DNA of 64,000 bases. Source: a virus. Position numbers and translations under genes: made by a program. The notes beneath the pieces are model-generated. The model worked only from the letters and a program-made list of their open reading frames with translations. It had not been told where the DNA came from and did no database searches. How positions within the stretch are numbered: the stretch's first letter is position 1; each line of letters opens with the position of its first letter. The DNA lies in the IMG/VR virus record IMGVR_UViG_3300024346_000008, positions 64,001 through 128,000 of that record; one strand, written 5' to 3'. Of the stretch, positions 48,518 through 58,043 are shown piece after piece.

Positions 48518-49480
48518 TTAACAACCGTGTGGACATTGTGAATATCCAAATTGAGGACTATCGCATGCTTCACCTTGATACGCTGATACCTCAAAGCACG
48601 GTGCCAACTCACCCAATTCCGGTTGCACTGTACAACATAATGTAATAAGTGGAATTGTATTAGTTGGTGTGTTAGTTGGTGTATTTGTTGGTGTTGGTGT
48701 GTTAGTTGGCGTATTTAGTGGCGTATTTGTTGGCGTATTTGTTGGCGTATTTTGTGGTGTATTTGTTGGCGTATTTGTCGGTGTATTTGATAGAGTTGGC
48801 GTATTAGTTGGTGTATTAGTTGGCGTTGCCGCTAACGGTGTATTAGTTGGCGTTGCCGCTAACGGTGTATTAGTTGGTGTCCGTGTTGGCGTATTGGTTG
48901 GTGTTGCTGCTAATGGCGTATTTGTTGGTGTTGCTGCTAATGGCGTATTTGTTGGTGTTCGTGTTGGGGTATTGGTTGGCGTATTAGTTGGCGTATTGGT
49001 TGGTGTTGCTCCTGGCGGAGTATTTGTTGGTGTATTTGTCGGCGTTGGTGTATTGGTTGGCGTATTAGTTGGCGTTGCCGCTAACGGTGTATTAGTTGGT
49101 GTTGGCGTATTTGTTGGTGTTCGTGTTGGCGTTGCCGTTGGTGTTGCTGTTGGTGTTGATGTTGGTGTTGGCGTAGCTGTTGGTGTTGCTGTTGGTGTTG
49201 CCGTTGGTGTTGCTGTTGGTGTTGATGTGGGTGTTGATGTTGGTGCGGGTACATAACACAAAAAATAATTGCGTGTTTTTGCTGCAATTAATGTATAATT
49301 TACTTCGGTATATCCACTTGGGCACGACGAGGATGCAATTCCCGCTACACCTGGTTGCCCATATGATGCGGTTAGTGCATAGGCAGGTATCAAGCTTGAA
49401 CTGTCGATGGCATTTACCCGACTTGCTGTTGCTGCATAGGAACTAGTAGATGGAATACCAAATGGAAAAAATATACTCAT
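48518..49480 (-). CDS. Mucin-like Thr/Pro-repeat protein with Cys-rich tip
   Basis: About 200 aa of TPT(N/A/S/R) repeats; 6-Cys C-terminus; no signal peptide. Confidence 0.85.
   Translation of the reverse strand: MSIFFPFGIPSTSSYAATASRVNAIDSSSLIPAYALTASYGQPGVAGIASSSCPSGYTEVNYTLIAAKTRNYFLCYVPAPTSTPTSTPTATPTATPTATPTATPTPTSTPTATPTATPTRTPTNTPTPTNTPLAATPTNTPTNTPTPTNTPTNTPPGATPTNTPTNTPTNTPTRTPTNTPLAATPTNTPLAATPTNTPTRTPTNTPLAATPTNTPLAATPTNTPTNTPTLSNTPTNTPTNTPQNTPTNTPTNTPLNTPTNTPTPTNTPTNTPTNTIPLITLCCTVQPELGELAPCFEVSAYQGEACDSPQFGYSQCPHGC
48655..49250. repeat. Degenerate 12-bp/6-bp coding tandem repeats (TPTN)
   Basis: GTTGG(C/T)GTATT(A/T/G) units with synonymous variation. Confidence 0.9.
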
Positions 49481-49665
49481 ACGAACCCAATCCCCGAAGC
49501 AGAAACTGTTCTTGCTGCGGGACCAGTTGGTCCCACATACGTAATTGAAAATTGTGCAAGTGATGCAGATGCAGGTGTTGGACCCAATAAAGTAGTTGCA
49601 TAACTTGCACTCACTGCATATGAACTACTAAATGGTATACCCAACGGGAAAAAACGAATCGTCAT
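49477..49665 (-). CDS. Small virion-type protein, paralogue of the mucin-like protein N-terminus
   Basis: [16 protein letters not shown]. Confidence 0.75.
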   Translation of the reverse strand: MTIRFFPLGIPFSSSYAVSASYATTLLGPTPASASLAQFSITYVGPTGPAARTVSASGIGFV

Positions 49666-49674
49666 ATAAATACT

Positions 49675-49917
49675 CTAATCAAAATTACAAATTTCAACAT
49701 ACCCATCCCCTATTCCTGCTTTTAATATTTCATATTGCGCTGCCGTTATTATACACACACTTTTTCCCCGTGACCCTGATTGTGGGAATAATACGATTCC
49801 TGCTGTAGATGCGGATACGACCGATTTAATAAAACTTGCCGAAATTGCGCAAGATGCGGTCACTGCATAGGATGCGGTATATAACGACCCCGAACCAAAT
49901 GGATACACTGATAACAT
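49675..49917 (-). CDS. Small virion-type protein of the same family
   Basis: YPFGSG...TASYAVTAS. Confidence 0.72.
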   Translation of the reverse strand: MLSVYPFGSGSLYTASYAVTASCAISASFIKSVVSASTAGIVLFPQSGSRGKSVCIITAAQYEILKAGIGDGYVEICNFD

Positions 49918-49918
49918 G

Positions 49919-50767
49919 TTAATTTTCTACTGATAGTACGTGAATTGATGCCGTCATATTTTGTGCTCCACCGGCAGTTGCCATACTTTGAAATATATAG
50001 TATAGTTCATTTGTTCCTTTCGGGACTGTTAATGAACTTAATATTGTGCCCATGTCCGATAAATTTGCTCCAATAATTTTTGGAATAAAATATGTTGTTT
50101 CACTTCCTGTAATAATTGCATCAACAATCAACGATTTCATTTGCGATTCCGTTACAAATGACCTATTTTTTTCGGTTGCATCATTGATAGAAGTAGGCGT
50201 ACTATACAATCGTACACGTGCCGCAGTTGCCGTTGCATTTAATGACGCACTTACTAATAAGTAGGTCTTTGGAATTGTAGTATTAACAATTGACCCACTA
50301 AGTATTTGTCCCACACTTAAATTTCCTGTAATATTTGGTAATGATATTCTATTACTCGTACTTATTACTGAATCTTCCAACAAATATGTGTTGAATGTTA
50401 GATTTGGATATTGCCCCGACCCCGTATTATCTACCCGATAATAGGTCAGTTTTGTATTAGCAGGAGTTACTACCCCGTACATCACAGGATCAATCGTATA
50501 GGTACCGACGCTCATTGTAAAATCACCAATCAATGCCACTGAGCTTGAAATATTTGTATTACCAAAATTTCTACTTTGTTCACCCGAATTATTGAGACTA
50601 TCTAACGTATCATATAATCGAACTCTGCATGGGAAATTTGTTTGAATATTAAGCAATGCATAAGCAGACCCCAACTCCACAGACCCCGAACCAATAATAT
50701 CAGTTTGTGTGGTTGTTGATTGTCTGACTAATTTAGCGCCTAATTTAATGTATTCTTTTAATCCCAT
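49919..50767 (-). CDS. Putative structural protein with internal duplication
   Basis: Y.L(L/V)...RVRLY....N...E..R.F occurs twice. Confidence 0.75.
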   Translation of the reverse strand: MGLKEYIKLGAKLVRQSTTTQTDIIGSGSVELGSAYALLNIQTNFPCRVRLYDTLDSLNNSGEQSRNFGNTNISSSVALIGDFTMSVGTYTIDPVMYGVVTPANTKLTYYRVDNTGSGQYPNLTFNTYLLEDSVISTSNRISLPNITGNLSVGQILSGSIVNTTIPKTYLLVSASLNATATAARVRLYSTPTSINDATEKNRSFVTESQMKSLIVDAIITGSETTYFIPKIIGANLSDMGTILSSLTVPKGTNELYYIFQSMATAGGAQNMTASIHVLSVEN

Positions 50768-50814
50768 ATATAATCAGTATAAGTTCTTTAGTATAACTAG
50801 TTCACAGTTATGTT

Positions 50815-51024
50815 TTAATACGTGGTTGTTACCCATGCCGATCCATTCCAAAATTTTACAGGTTTTGTAACCCATGCTGCGCCTGTCCATACTTTCATAG
50901 GCTTTGCCACAAATGCTGCTCCTGTCCAGACTTTAATTTGTCCGGTGGTTCCGCCAGCATCCGCAAGTGAAATGTCAAAGGTACCCGTACCATTATCGCG
51001 GAGTTGAATGTCAAAGACTGCCAT
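50815..51024 (-). CDS. Small fibre-associated protein
   Basis: K(V/F)W(T/N)GxA(W/F)V x3. Confidence 0.7.
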   Translation of the reverse strand: MAVFDIQLRDNGTGTFDISLADAGGTTGQIKVWTGAAFVAKPMKVWTGAAWVTKPVKFWNGSAWVTTTY

Positions 51025-51027
51025 AAA

Positions 51028-52998
51028 TTATGCCGCACTACCAGTGGCCGACCGACCAATTAATACACTACTTTCCTGTGCTTCTGTATATACCATACCA
51101 ACCTTATCATACCACGGAATATTATATGTTCCGTTTCCTGCTCGCGAGGCAGTCCCAATCACTAAATTGTTTGCATCATCGTGCGCAGTAATTACTACCG
51201 TTCCACCGCCACTATTGGTAATAGTGCCCGCAATTGAAGACGTAATAGCATGATAAGTTGCCATCATATACGATTGAAAAATTGCACCGTTGGTGGTACT
51301 TACTTGTAAATTCGTATCATACCGATAATTTCGGGCAGTTTCAATATCTAACCGATTCGTATCTGGGTCTGTTGGCCACCGTTTCATATCATCTCGGGCC
51401 CGTGCAAACATAACAGAGGGTGATATTTCTGCCACACTTTGGTAGATGAAATTGTAGAATGGACGAAATCCCGCTCCTTCACCTTCTCCTGCTTGCACTT
51501 CTCCGAGAAATGCTGCACCAATTGTTCCTGCTGCTGTGCCAAATGGCATTAAAATTAATTGATATCCTGCACCGGTTAACCAATAATTAGTTTCGGGAAT
51601 AATGGGTGTAGTGGTACTTGCTAATTGAACACGCATACCTACCGTAGTCGTAGTCCATCCCGTAACATATGGCGTAATTCCCCAAATTGTCGTATGGTTG
51701 TGGACCCCATCACCATCCGGATGTATATCACTACTATAATTTAAATATAATAACGCGGACATATTGGATGGAATTGTTCCCAGTGTTGTTCCCGTTGCAA
51801 ACCAATCTACAACCAGTTCACTCTCCTTTCCTCTTGCTAATGTCATTCCTGCAACACCGCCAACACCACCCGCATCAATTCTACGCATATGTGTTACTGC
51901 TCCTGCGCGAGGGCTTGCGGCAGCATGCGCATATACACGACTTGCTTGACTTCCTACACGGAAATCAACGCTCATTGCTCCCGACCCTGCGTATGCCGCT
52001 AAAATACCCGATTGTTCTAAGGTAATTGTGCCCGGTTCTTGAATATTGAATTTACGAGAAAATCGTGATTTGTCATTAGTCGTTGAACCTCCACTTAATC
52101 CAGATTCGTCCGTAACAACAACTTGTATACTATTCATAACTCGGGTACTAGTACTATGGTTATATTCATAGGTTACGACCAATACCCCAGAAAAACATGG
52201 CGTTGGTCGTGCGGTTGCCAATGTACATCTTGCTTGTATACTCTGTGCCGCCGCCGTGGAAAACGAGCCCGAAATTGAATCAATTCTCCGATAGGAAATG
52301 TCGGTGTTTAGTGTTGATGCATATGTTAAATCTGCAAACGTGGTAGTTCCACCGTCATATGATACATCCAAGGTAGAGGTAGTAACCACGGAGGCACCAG
52401 TATGTACCAACATTTCAAAAAATATACTTCGGTACACTTTGCTTGCTTCGGGCAGAAATGTATTTAACGCAGGAATTTGACTTGCTAATCCACCGACGTT
52501 CGCATATGCATTTGTTAACGCACCGTTGTTTCCGTCTATAGGTATTTTAACCGTTTTAATACGAGTGGTTGCGGCACTATCATCGTATTCATAGGTAATA
52601 ATAATTTTAGCAGAAGCATTTTGTGTTACGTTTCCTGTGTTTGTTATACCTACGGTGACCGTTTGACTTGTGCCTGTGAAGTTTGTTTGGAAATATGCGG
52701 TGGCGTCACGCAAAAAATGAAAACTTTGATTTTCACCACTATTCGTAATAGTTTGTGTGACCGTGTTTGCACTAACCGCAACTGCACCAATTTGCACGTT
52801 GGTTAATATTGCGGTTGTACTTGCTGCGGCAGCGCCACCATCTTGCGAAGAAAAATCAACAATAACACTGCGAAATGTTCTGCTGGTTGTTTCGGGAATA
52901 TTCACGGTTATTGCGGTAAATGTTCGCAATGTTGCAGATGCCACTGATGCTGTACTTAATGGAAACGCATATTCAATTGTTTTAGTTCGTAATGCCAT
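51028..52998 (-). CDS. Putative receptor-binding/structural protein with repeated beta-sandwich domains
   Basis: Thr/Ser/Ala-rich; KT(I/V)...RS(V/I)...TYEY repeated. Confidence 0.7.
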   Translation of the reverse strand: MALRTKTIEYAFPLSTASVASATLRTFTAITVNIPETTSRTFRSVIVDFSSQDGGAAAASTTAILTNVQIGAVAVSANTVTQTITNSGENQSFHFLRDATAYFQTNFTGTSQTVTVGITNTGNVTQNASAKIIITYEYDDSAATTRIKTVKIPIDGNNGALTNAYANVGGLASQIPALNTFLPEASKVYRSIFFEMLVHTGASVVTTSTLDVSYDGGTTTFADLTYASTLNTDISYRRIDSISGSFSTAAAQSIQARCTLATARPTPCFSGVLVVTYEYNHSTSTRVMNSIQVVVTDESGLSGGSTTNDKSRFSRKFNIQEPGTITLEQSGILAAYAGSGAMSVDFRVGSQASRVYAHAAASPRAGAVTHMRRIDAGGVGGVAGMTLARGKESELVVDWFATGTTLGTIPSNMSALLYLNYSSDIHPDGDGVHNHTTIWGITPYVTGWTTTTVGMRVQLASTTTPIIPETNYWLTGAGYQLILMPFGTAAGTIGAAFLGEVQAGEGEGAGFRPFYNFIYQSVAEISPSVMFARARDDMKRWPTDPDTNRLDIETARNYRYDTNLQVSTTNGAIFQSYMMATYHAITSSIAGTITNSGGGTVVITAHDDANNLVIGTASRAGNGTYNIPWYDKVGMVYTEAQESSVLIGRSATGSAA

Positions 52999-53013
52999 AG
53001 ATAAATCCCGATA

Positions 53014-53190
53014 TTATAAGGTATCTCTTCGTACTACTTTAATAATGAATTGTGGAACTTCGGTATCCTCGTAGGTGATAATAATTTTCCATAATTCATC
53101 TTCTATATAATCTCTAAACAGTATTGGTGTTGCTGGTGTCAACATTGCTTCATCTACCAACTCCCCAATTTTTTGTGCAAGTAAGCTCAT
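53014..53190 (-). CDS. 58-aa hypothetical protein (not in ORF track)
   Basis: MSLLAQKIGELVDEAM...VRRDTL; AGGA SD; fills the gap between its neighbours. Confidence 0.6.
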   Translation of the reverse strand: MSLLAQKIGELVDEAMLTPATPILFRDYIEDELWKIIITYEDTEVPQFIIKVVRRDTL

Positions 53191-53202
53191 ATATGTGTCC
53201 TA

Positions 53203-55470
53203 TTAATTAGTATCCACCCACAAGTCATTGACTGATGGACTTGCAGGAGCAGTTGTTCCAACGGTAAGTTTTAATGTTGACGGGCTGAAATGTGTTAACG
53301 CTCCAGTAAACGACCCCGTAACCGAACCCGTTACCGATGATGCACTCACACTACCGTTCACGGTTAATGTATTTTGTAAATTTGTCGTAACTCCAATTCC
53401 CACATTTCCACTAGCACTAATAAACATTCGTGTGGTACTATCACTACTTGGTCCACCAGCAAACAATCGCACGTTAGATGACGCAATCGGTGATGCGTTT
53501 CCAAGATGTAATTCACCAACACTTGATGTAAGATACAAGTATCCATCACTTGGTCCACCCACCAATCCACCATTGTACGTGGTACTATTGATACCCATGT
53601 TAATATAGTTACCAAAATCTGTGGTAATATCATTACCCGCTACGAAGTCGGCACTTGCATTATTTCCAGCATTTACATTATTGATTTTTACTTCAAAGAA
53701 ATTATTAATTGAACCCGTGATTGCTAATGGAGTTAATATTGAACTAGAGATTAATAAAGATCCTGTAATAATTGCACTTCCACTAAATGGAAATCCATTA
53801 CCAGACGCACCACCCACAGATGCGGTCGTGAATATTTTATTGGTGGCCGTATTTAATACTAATACTTTATTAGCAGATGTTGTGTCGGTTACATTTACTA
53901 ATTGAACATGTGAACCGGTAATGATAGAGGCAGAAACTATCGGGGCGATTACACTAACACCGGCAATGACGTTGCCATCGGCCGTTATTCCACTGGCTTG
54001 AATGTCGCCACCCGAAATCGCTTCATTTACTTGAAGAATGGTTATACTGTCAACCGCAACAGATACACTACTTGTTCCAAATAACGACCCCGTAAATATT
54101 CCAGTAAATGAACCTGTAAACGAACCAGTATTAATTTGAGATGAACTACTCACTACTCCCTCTGTATTTAATTCTTTCTTCACGCCATCCAAGAAATGAG
54201 CCGAACCAGTGTCCAACGTAATTGTTCCAGTGGATGTTATCGTACCACCAGTTAAACCATCTCCCGCAACTAATGATGTTATACCACTGCCGGGGGCACT
54301 TGGTGCATAAGATGCACTTAAAGCATAACTTGCAGTGGTAGCAAATGAAGCACTAGTGGCAGTCGTTGCACTTCCGCTAAGCGATCCCGTAATTCCCGCA
54401 GTCACCGTCAACGACCCCGTGATTACTGTATTCCCATTGACTTGTAATTTTGGACTTCCCGCAGTAATTGTTGGAATTTTACCAATTCCAATATAACTTG
54501 ACGTATAGAATAAATCACCAGACCCGGTACCAAATATTATCGTACCATCAGACAATGCCTCAAATACAGGATTACCGTCTGATTTAACTGCTGCTAGTAA
54601 TGTTCCTGTTAAATTATCATCGACACTAAACAACTCTCCCGATTTTCCAATTACTCTAAACACCACTGAACCTGTCGAAGACCCGGTGATAAGTAACGAT
54701 CCTGTAATAATAGCACTTCCACTATACGGGAATGCGGCAGCCGTTGGTGCAAAGGACGCAGAGATAGCAACTGACGCTGATTGTGCCCAACTTGCCGTAC
54801 CAAACGTGGAACCACTATGCGTTCCAATAAACGACCCCGTAAAGGAGCCGGTGAACGGCGCCGTTAAGGACGTAAATTGCGTCGAACTAGAAATAACACC
54901 TACTTGCATTGGCGCAAAGGACGCAGAGATAGCAACTGACGCTGATTGTGCCCAACTTCCTGTTCCGGTAAGAGTGCCAATAAACGACCCCGTGAATGAC
55001 CCCGTGTTGATTTGTGCGGAACTACTAACTATACCCGTGGGCAATCCTGTAGGTAATATATACGACGATGTGGTAGCAACACTACTTGTACCAAATAATG
55101 ACCCCGTAATACCCCCAGAATTCATTTGCAATGATCCTGTGATAAATACACTACCACTAATATCTAAATCCGTAGTAGGATTTGCTTTATCTATACCAAT
55201 ACGACTACCAGTGACGACGAGGGTATTTTTATTAAATGACCCCATCACGACTCTATCATCACTAAAGACTTCTAGTATGGGTAATCCTGAAATATCATTG
55301 ACGCTCATCAATGACCCAGATAAGCTATCCGTAATACCAAACAGTGATCCCGAATTACCATAGAACGCAATACTACCCGACGTTTCTACCTGTAGTCGGA
55401 TAGTATTTGCTGCGGAGCCACTGAATTGGATGGATGCACTACCTGGGGTAATTAATATATTATTTGGCAC
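53203..55470 (-). CDS. Fibre-like virion protein
   Basis: TGSFTGS / GTxSWA / SASFA repeats, GNVGIG, C-terminal TAPASPSVNDLWVDT. Confidence 0.8.
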   Translation of the reverse strand: MPNNILITPGSASIQFSGSAANTIRLQVETSGSIAFYGNSGSLFGITDSLSGSLMSVNDISGLPILEVFSDDRVVMGSFNKNTLVVTGSRIGIDKANPTTDLDISGSVFITGSLQMNSGGITGSLFGTSSVATTSSYILPTGLPTGIVSSSAQINTGSFTGSFIGTLTGTGSWAQSASVAISASFAPMQVGVISSSTQFTSLTAPFTGSFTGSFIGTHSGSTFGTASWAQSASVAISASFAPTAAAFPYSGSAIITGSLLITGSSTGSVVFRVIGKSGELFSVDDNLTGTLLAAVKSDGNPVFEALSDGTIIFGTGSGDLFYTSSYIGIGKIPTITAGSPKLQVNGNTVITGSLTVTAGITGSLSGSATTATSASFATTASYALSASYAPSAPGSGITSLVAGDGLTGGTITSTGTITLDTGSAHFLDGVKKELNTEGVVSSSSQINTGSFTGSFTGIFTGSLFGTSSVSVAVDSITILQVNEAISGGDIQASGITADGNVIAGVSVIAPIVSASIITGSHVQLVNVTDTTSANKVLVLNTATNKIFTTASVGGASGNGFPFSGSAIITGSLLISSSILTPLAITGSINNFFEVKINNVNAGNNASADFVAGNDITTDFGNYINMGINSTTYNGGLVGGPSDGYLYLTSSVGELHLGNASPIASSNVRLFAGGPSSDSTTRMFISASGNVGIGVTTNLQNTLTVNGSVSASSVTGSVTGSFTGALTHFSPSTLKLTVGTTAPASPSVNDLWVDTN

Positions 55471-55537
55471 TCATATTCCTCGTAAAAGTCACGTATATAT
55501 ACATATCAGATATACCCACAAATGTCCTTAAAATACA

Positions 55538-55852
55538 CTACGGTTCTGGCGTTGGCTCAGGTGTTGGTTCTGGTGTCGGCGTTGGCGTTGGTTCCGGAGT
55601 CGGTTCTGGCGTTGGAGTTGGTTCCGGTGTTGGTTCTGGTAGATATTCTAATCCCAACGCGTCACATAATTCATCTTCATCCCATGTTGCCTTACCCTTT
55701 ACAACGGCAGCAGCAATTAACGCAGTATCCGATAAATTTGCTTGTGCTTGTAATTGTCCTACATCCGGTACATCGGTATAATAAATAACTTGCACCGCAT
55801 CGGAATTGACATTTTTACTATAATACATTAGGTACTTTAAAAATGTTGGCAT
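55538..55852 (-). CDS. Small protein with a PEPT-repeat tail
   Basis: C-terminal PEPTPEPTPTPEPT...; GAG SD; TATTTATA upstream. Confidence 0.75.
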   Translation of the reverse strand: MPTFLKYLMYYSKNVNSDAVQVIYYTDVPDVGQLQAQANLSDTALIAAAVVKGKATWDEDELCDALGLEYLPEPTPEPTPTPEPTPEPTPTPTPEPTPEPTPEP

Positions 55853-55901
55853 GATATGTCTCTACAAATAAAAGGTTGATACTGACTTATATAAATATTC
55901 T

Positions 55902-56660
55902 TTAAATTCCGAACCGTGACCGTTGTGCGTTAAAATTTTGAAGGATTTCTTGTGGGGACAGACCTCTGTTGTATATAGATACATTCGACAATCTTCCCGT
56001 AAAATAATTTCCAGCAGTATTACGACCAATATTTAAATTATCGGATTGAGTGCCGTATGGTGCACTTTTTGTTATAGTGCCTTGGTCAAGTACACCATTT
56101 ATATAAATTTGTATATCATTTAAATTTGTGGTAGTTGTATTTGTGGTATATACGACGGTGACATGTTTCCAGATATCTGCCAGAGTCATTACCGTTGAAT
56201 TACTTGAATATCTAGTACAACATACGCCTGATGCACCATTTTTAATTTCTGCCTTAAGTGCACTCGCGCTATCAAACAGACTAGGAAACCCCCATCCCCA
56301 TCCACCGGATGTACATCCTTTACTTAAAATATATTGAACATTAAGATTAACGAAGCCGGTCTGAGGCCCTACCCATGCACTTGTTGTAAATGTTGTATTA
56401 GTAAAATCAAATGTCGTGGGATTTTGTATATTTATATACTGAGTTCCTACTGGAGAATTTTCGGCTACTCCTGCAAATTGCAAACTTATCCCAGGTGCAC
56501 TATTATAAACGGTAATATTATTAAGTAAACTTCCACTAGTATTATTTCCACTCAAATCTGTCCATGTGGTACTACCACTAACATATGATTTAGTATTTGC
56601 CGCATCAAGATATACTACTAATCCATCGGTGACTATTTTTGGAGAATGAATAAACGCCAT
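55902..56660 (-). CDS. LamG/ConA-like lectin domain protein
   Basis: IVTDGLVVYLDAAN..SY, WTDLSGN, YINGV, IYNRGLS..EI.QNFNA.R.RFGI. Confidence 0.88.
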   Translation of the reverse strand: MAFIHSPKIVTDGLVVYLDAANTKSYVSGSTTWTDLSGNNTSGSLLNNITVYNSAPGISLQFAGVAENSPVGTQYINIQNPTTFDFTNTTFTTSAWVGPQTGFVNLNVQYILSKGCTSGGWGWGFPSLFDSASALKAEIKNGASGVCCTRYSSNSTVMTLADIWKHVTVVYTTNTTTTNLNDIQIYINGVLDQGTITKSAPYGTQSDNLNIGRNTAGNYFTGRLSNVSIYNRGLSPQEILQNFNAQRSRFGI

Positions 56661-56663
56661 ATA

Positions 56664-57374
56664 TTATACTCCAAATCTGCCGCGAGTGGCGTTAAAGTTT
56701 TGAAGAACTTCGTCGGGAGAAAGTGCTTTATTATAAATTTTTACATTATAAATACTACCACTTAGATACGCGGTTGCGTTGCCTCGTTGACCTATAAAAA
56801 ATGTGTTTGCGTTCACGGTTGCCGCAATAAGGAACGAAGACGCACCTTTATTTGGTGCAGCTATTCCATTAAGATACATTTGATATGTTGATATACCATC
56901 AAACGTTGCGGTCACATGATATATACTTCCAGTGGGTATATTTGCTACTGAATAGTTTACGGGGACGCTCCCTACACTATTCAGTACATAAAATATTCTT
57001 TCTGAATCGGTTGCTATAGCCAATCCCAATTGTACATTTCGTGAACCCGAAGTATATGCTATAATTCTACGGTATGTCGTTGTTAATGCAGACGCAGGAG
57101 TGTCTGTTTTCACCATACACTCCAGTGTAAACGAAGGTGCATTATTAAGTGCAGTTGGATATGAAACATTTACAAAGTCATTCGTTCCATCAAATACAAT
57201 ACTACCACCATTTTCCCCACTAAAGGTTGGTCCGTTTGTTAAACTTCCACTATTATTATTTCCACTTAAATCTGTCCATGTGGTACTACCACTAACATAC
57301 GACTTCCGATTGGCGGCATCTAATGCAAGCACTAATCCATCGGTGACTATTTTGGGACTATATGATGTAGACAT
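56664..57374 (-). CDS. LamG/ConA-like lectin domain protein
   Basis: Same family as 55902; FDGTND, YLNG, IYNKALS. Confidence 0.88.
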   Translation of the reverse strand: MSTSYSPKIVTDGLVLALDAANRKSYVSGSTTWTDLSGNNNSGSLTNGPTFSGENGGSIVFDGTNDFVNVSYPTALNNAPSFTLECMVKTDTPASALTTTYRRIIAYTSGSRNVQLGLAIATDSERIFYVLNSVGSVPVNYSVANIPTGSIYHVTATFDGISTYQMYLNGIAAPNKGASSFLIAATVNANTFFIGQRGNATAYLSGSIYNVKIYNKALSPDEVLQNFNATRGRFGV

Positions 57375-57375
57375 A

Positions 57376-58017
57376 TTATTGACTTCCTTCTATAAGTTTT
57401 CCAACAGGATTTTGTGAAATAATACATAATGATGTTGCATTCGTGGTAGGTATATCTGCTGCAATAAAGTTATCCCCACGGGTTGCACGAACGTTGTCAG
57501 CAATATACATTACCCCAGGTTGCCCAGAAGTATGTGTATTATCCACTATTGATGTGATAAATTGTTTATTTTTATATACAGAAATTACATTTCCAGTTGC
57601 ACGTATTGTTAGTACATCACCCACTGCACTTACCACCCATGTACCGGAGGCCACTTTAACAAACGTACCATTTCCATCACACCGAAGTATTCCTGAATAA
57701 CTTGTATTGAATCCATCAATAGATAATATATATCCCGTAAATCCTACGCCCATTCTAACGCCTGCACCAATGTAATCAAACGCTCCGCGTGTAGTTAAGG
57801 TAAGTGTTGCTTCTTGGTTTGGAGGAAATGTAATTATTTGTGGGTCTACAAAGTTATAACCAGCATTGGTACTAAGTCCCGCCGTATTAGATATAACTTG
57901 TAGAGAAACCCATCCGGCTGCACTAGACGTGAGATAGTTTGACCCTAAATTACCATTTGCTCTATTAAAATTATCAATAAATACATTGGCAGATGCCATA
58001 CTTGCGGATACTGGCAT
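57376..58017 (-). CDS. ConA-like beta-sandwich protein
   Basis: DNFNRANGNLGSN...GNVISVYKN...SGQPG...DNF. Confidence 0.72.
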   Translation of the reverse strand: MPVSASMASANVFIDNFNRANGNLGSNYLTSSAAGWVSLQVISNTAGLSTNAGYNFVDPQIITFPPNQEATLTLTTRGAFDYIGAGVRMGVGFTGYILSIDGFNTSYSGILRCDGNGTFVKVASGTWVVSAVGDVLTIRATGNVISVYKNKQFITSIVDNTHTSGQPGVMYIADNVRATRGDNFIAADIPTTNATSLCIISQNPVGKLIEGSQ

Positions 58018-58043
58018 CTTATTTTACCTTTATAAAAAACATG

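Noticed and set aside
48655-49250. Possible CRISPR array or non-coding satellite
   Set aside because: Units are 6-12 bp, in frame, vary at synonymous positions and have no unique spacers; this is a coding repeat.
48669-49446. Val/Gly-, Gln/His- and Thr/Asn-rich ORFs in other frames
   Set aside because: Shadow frames of the TPT repeat.
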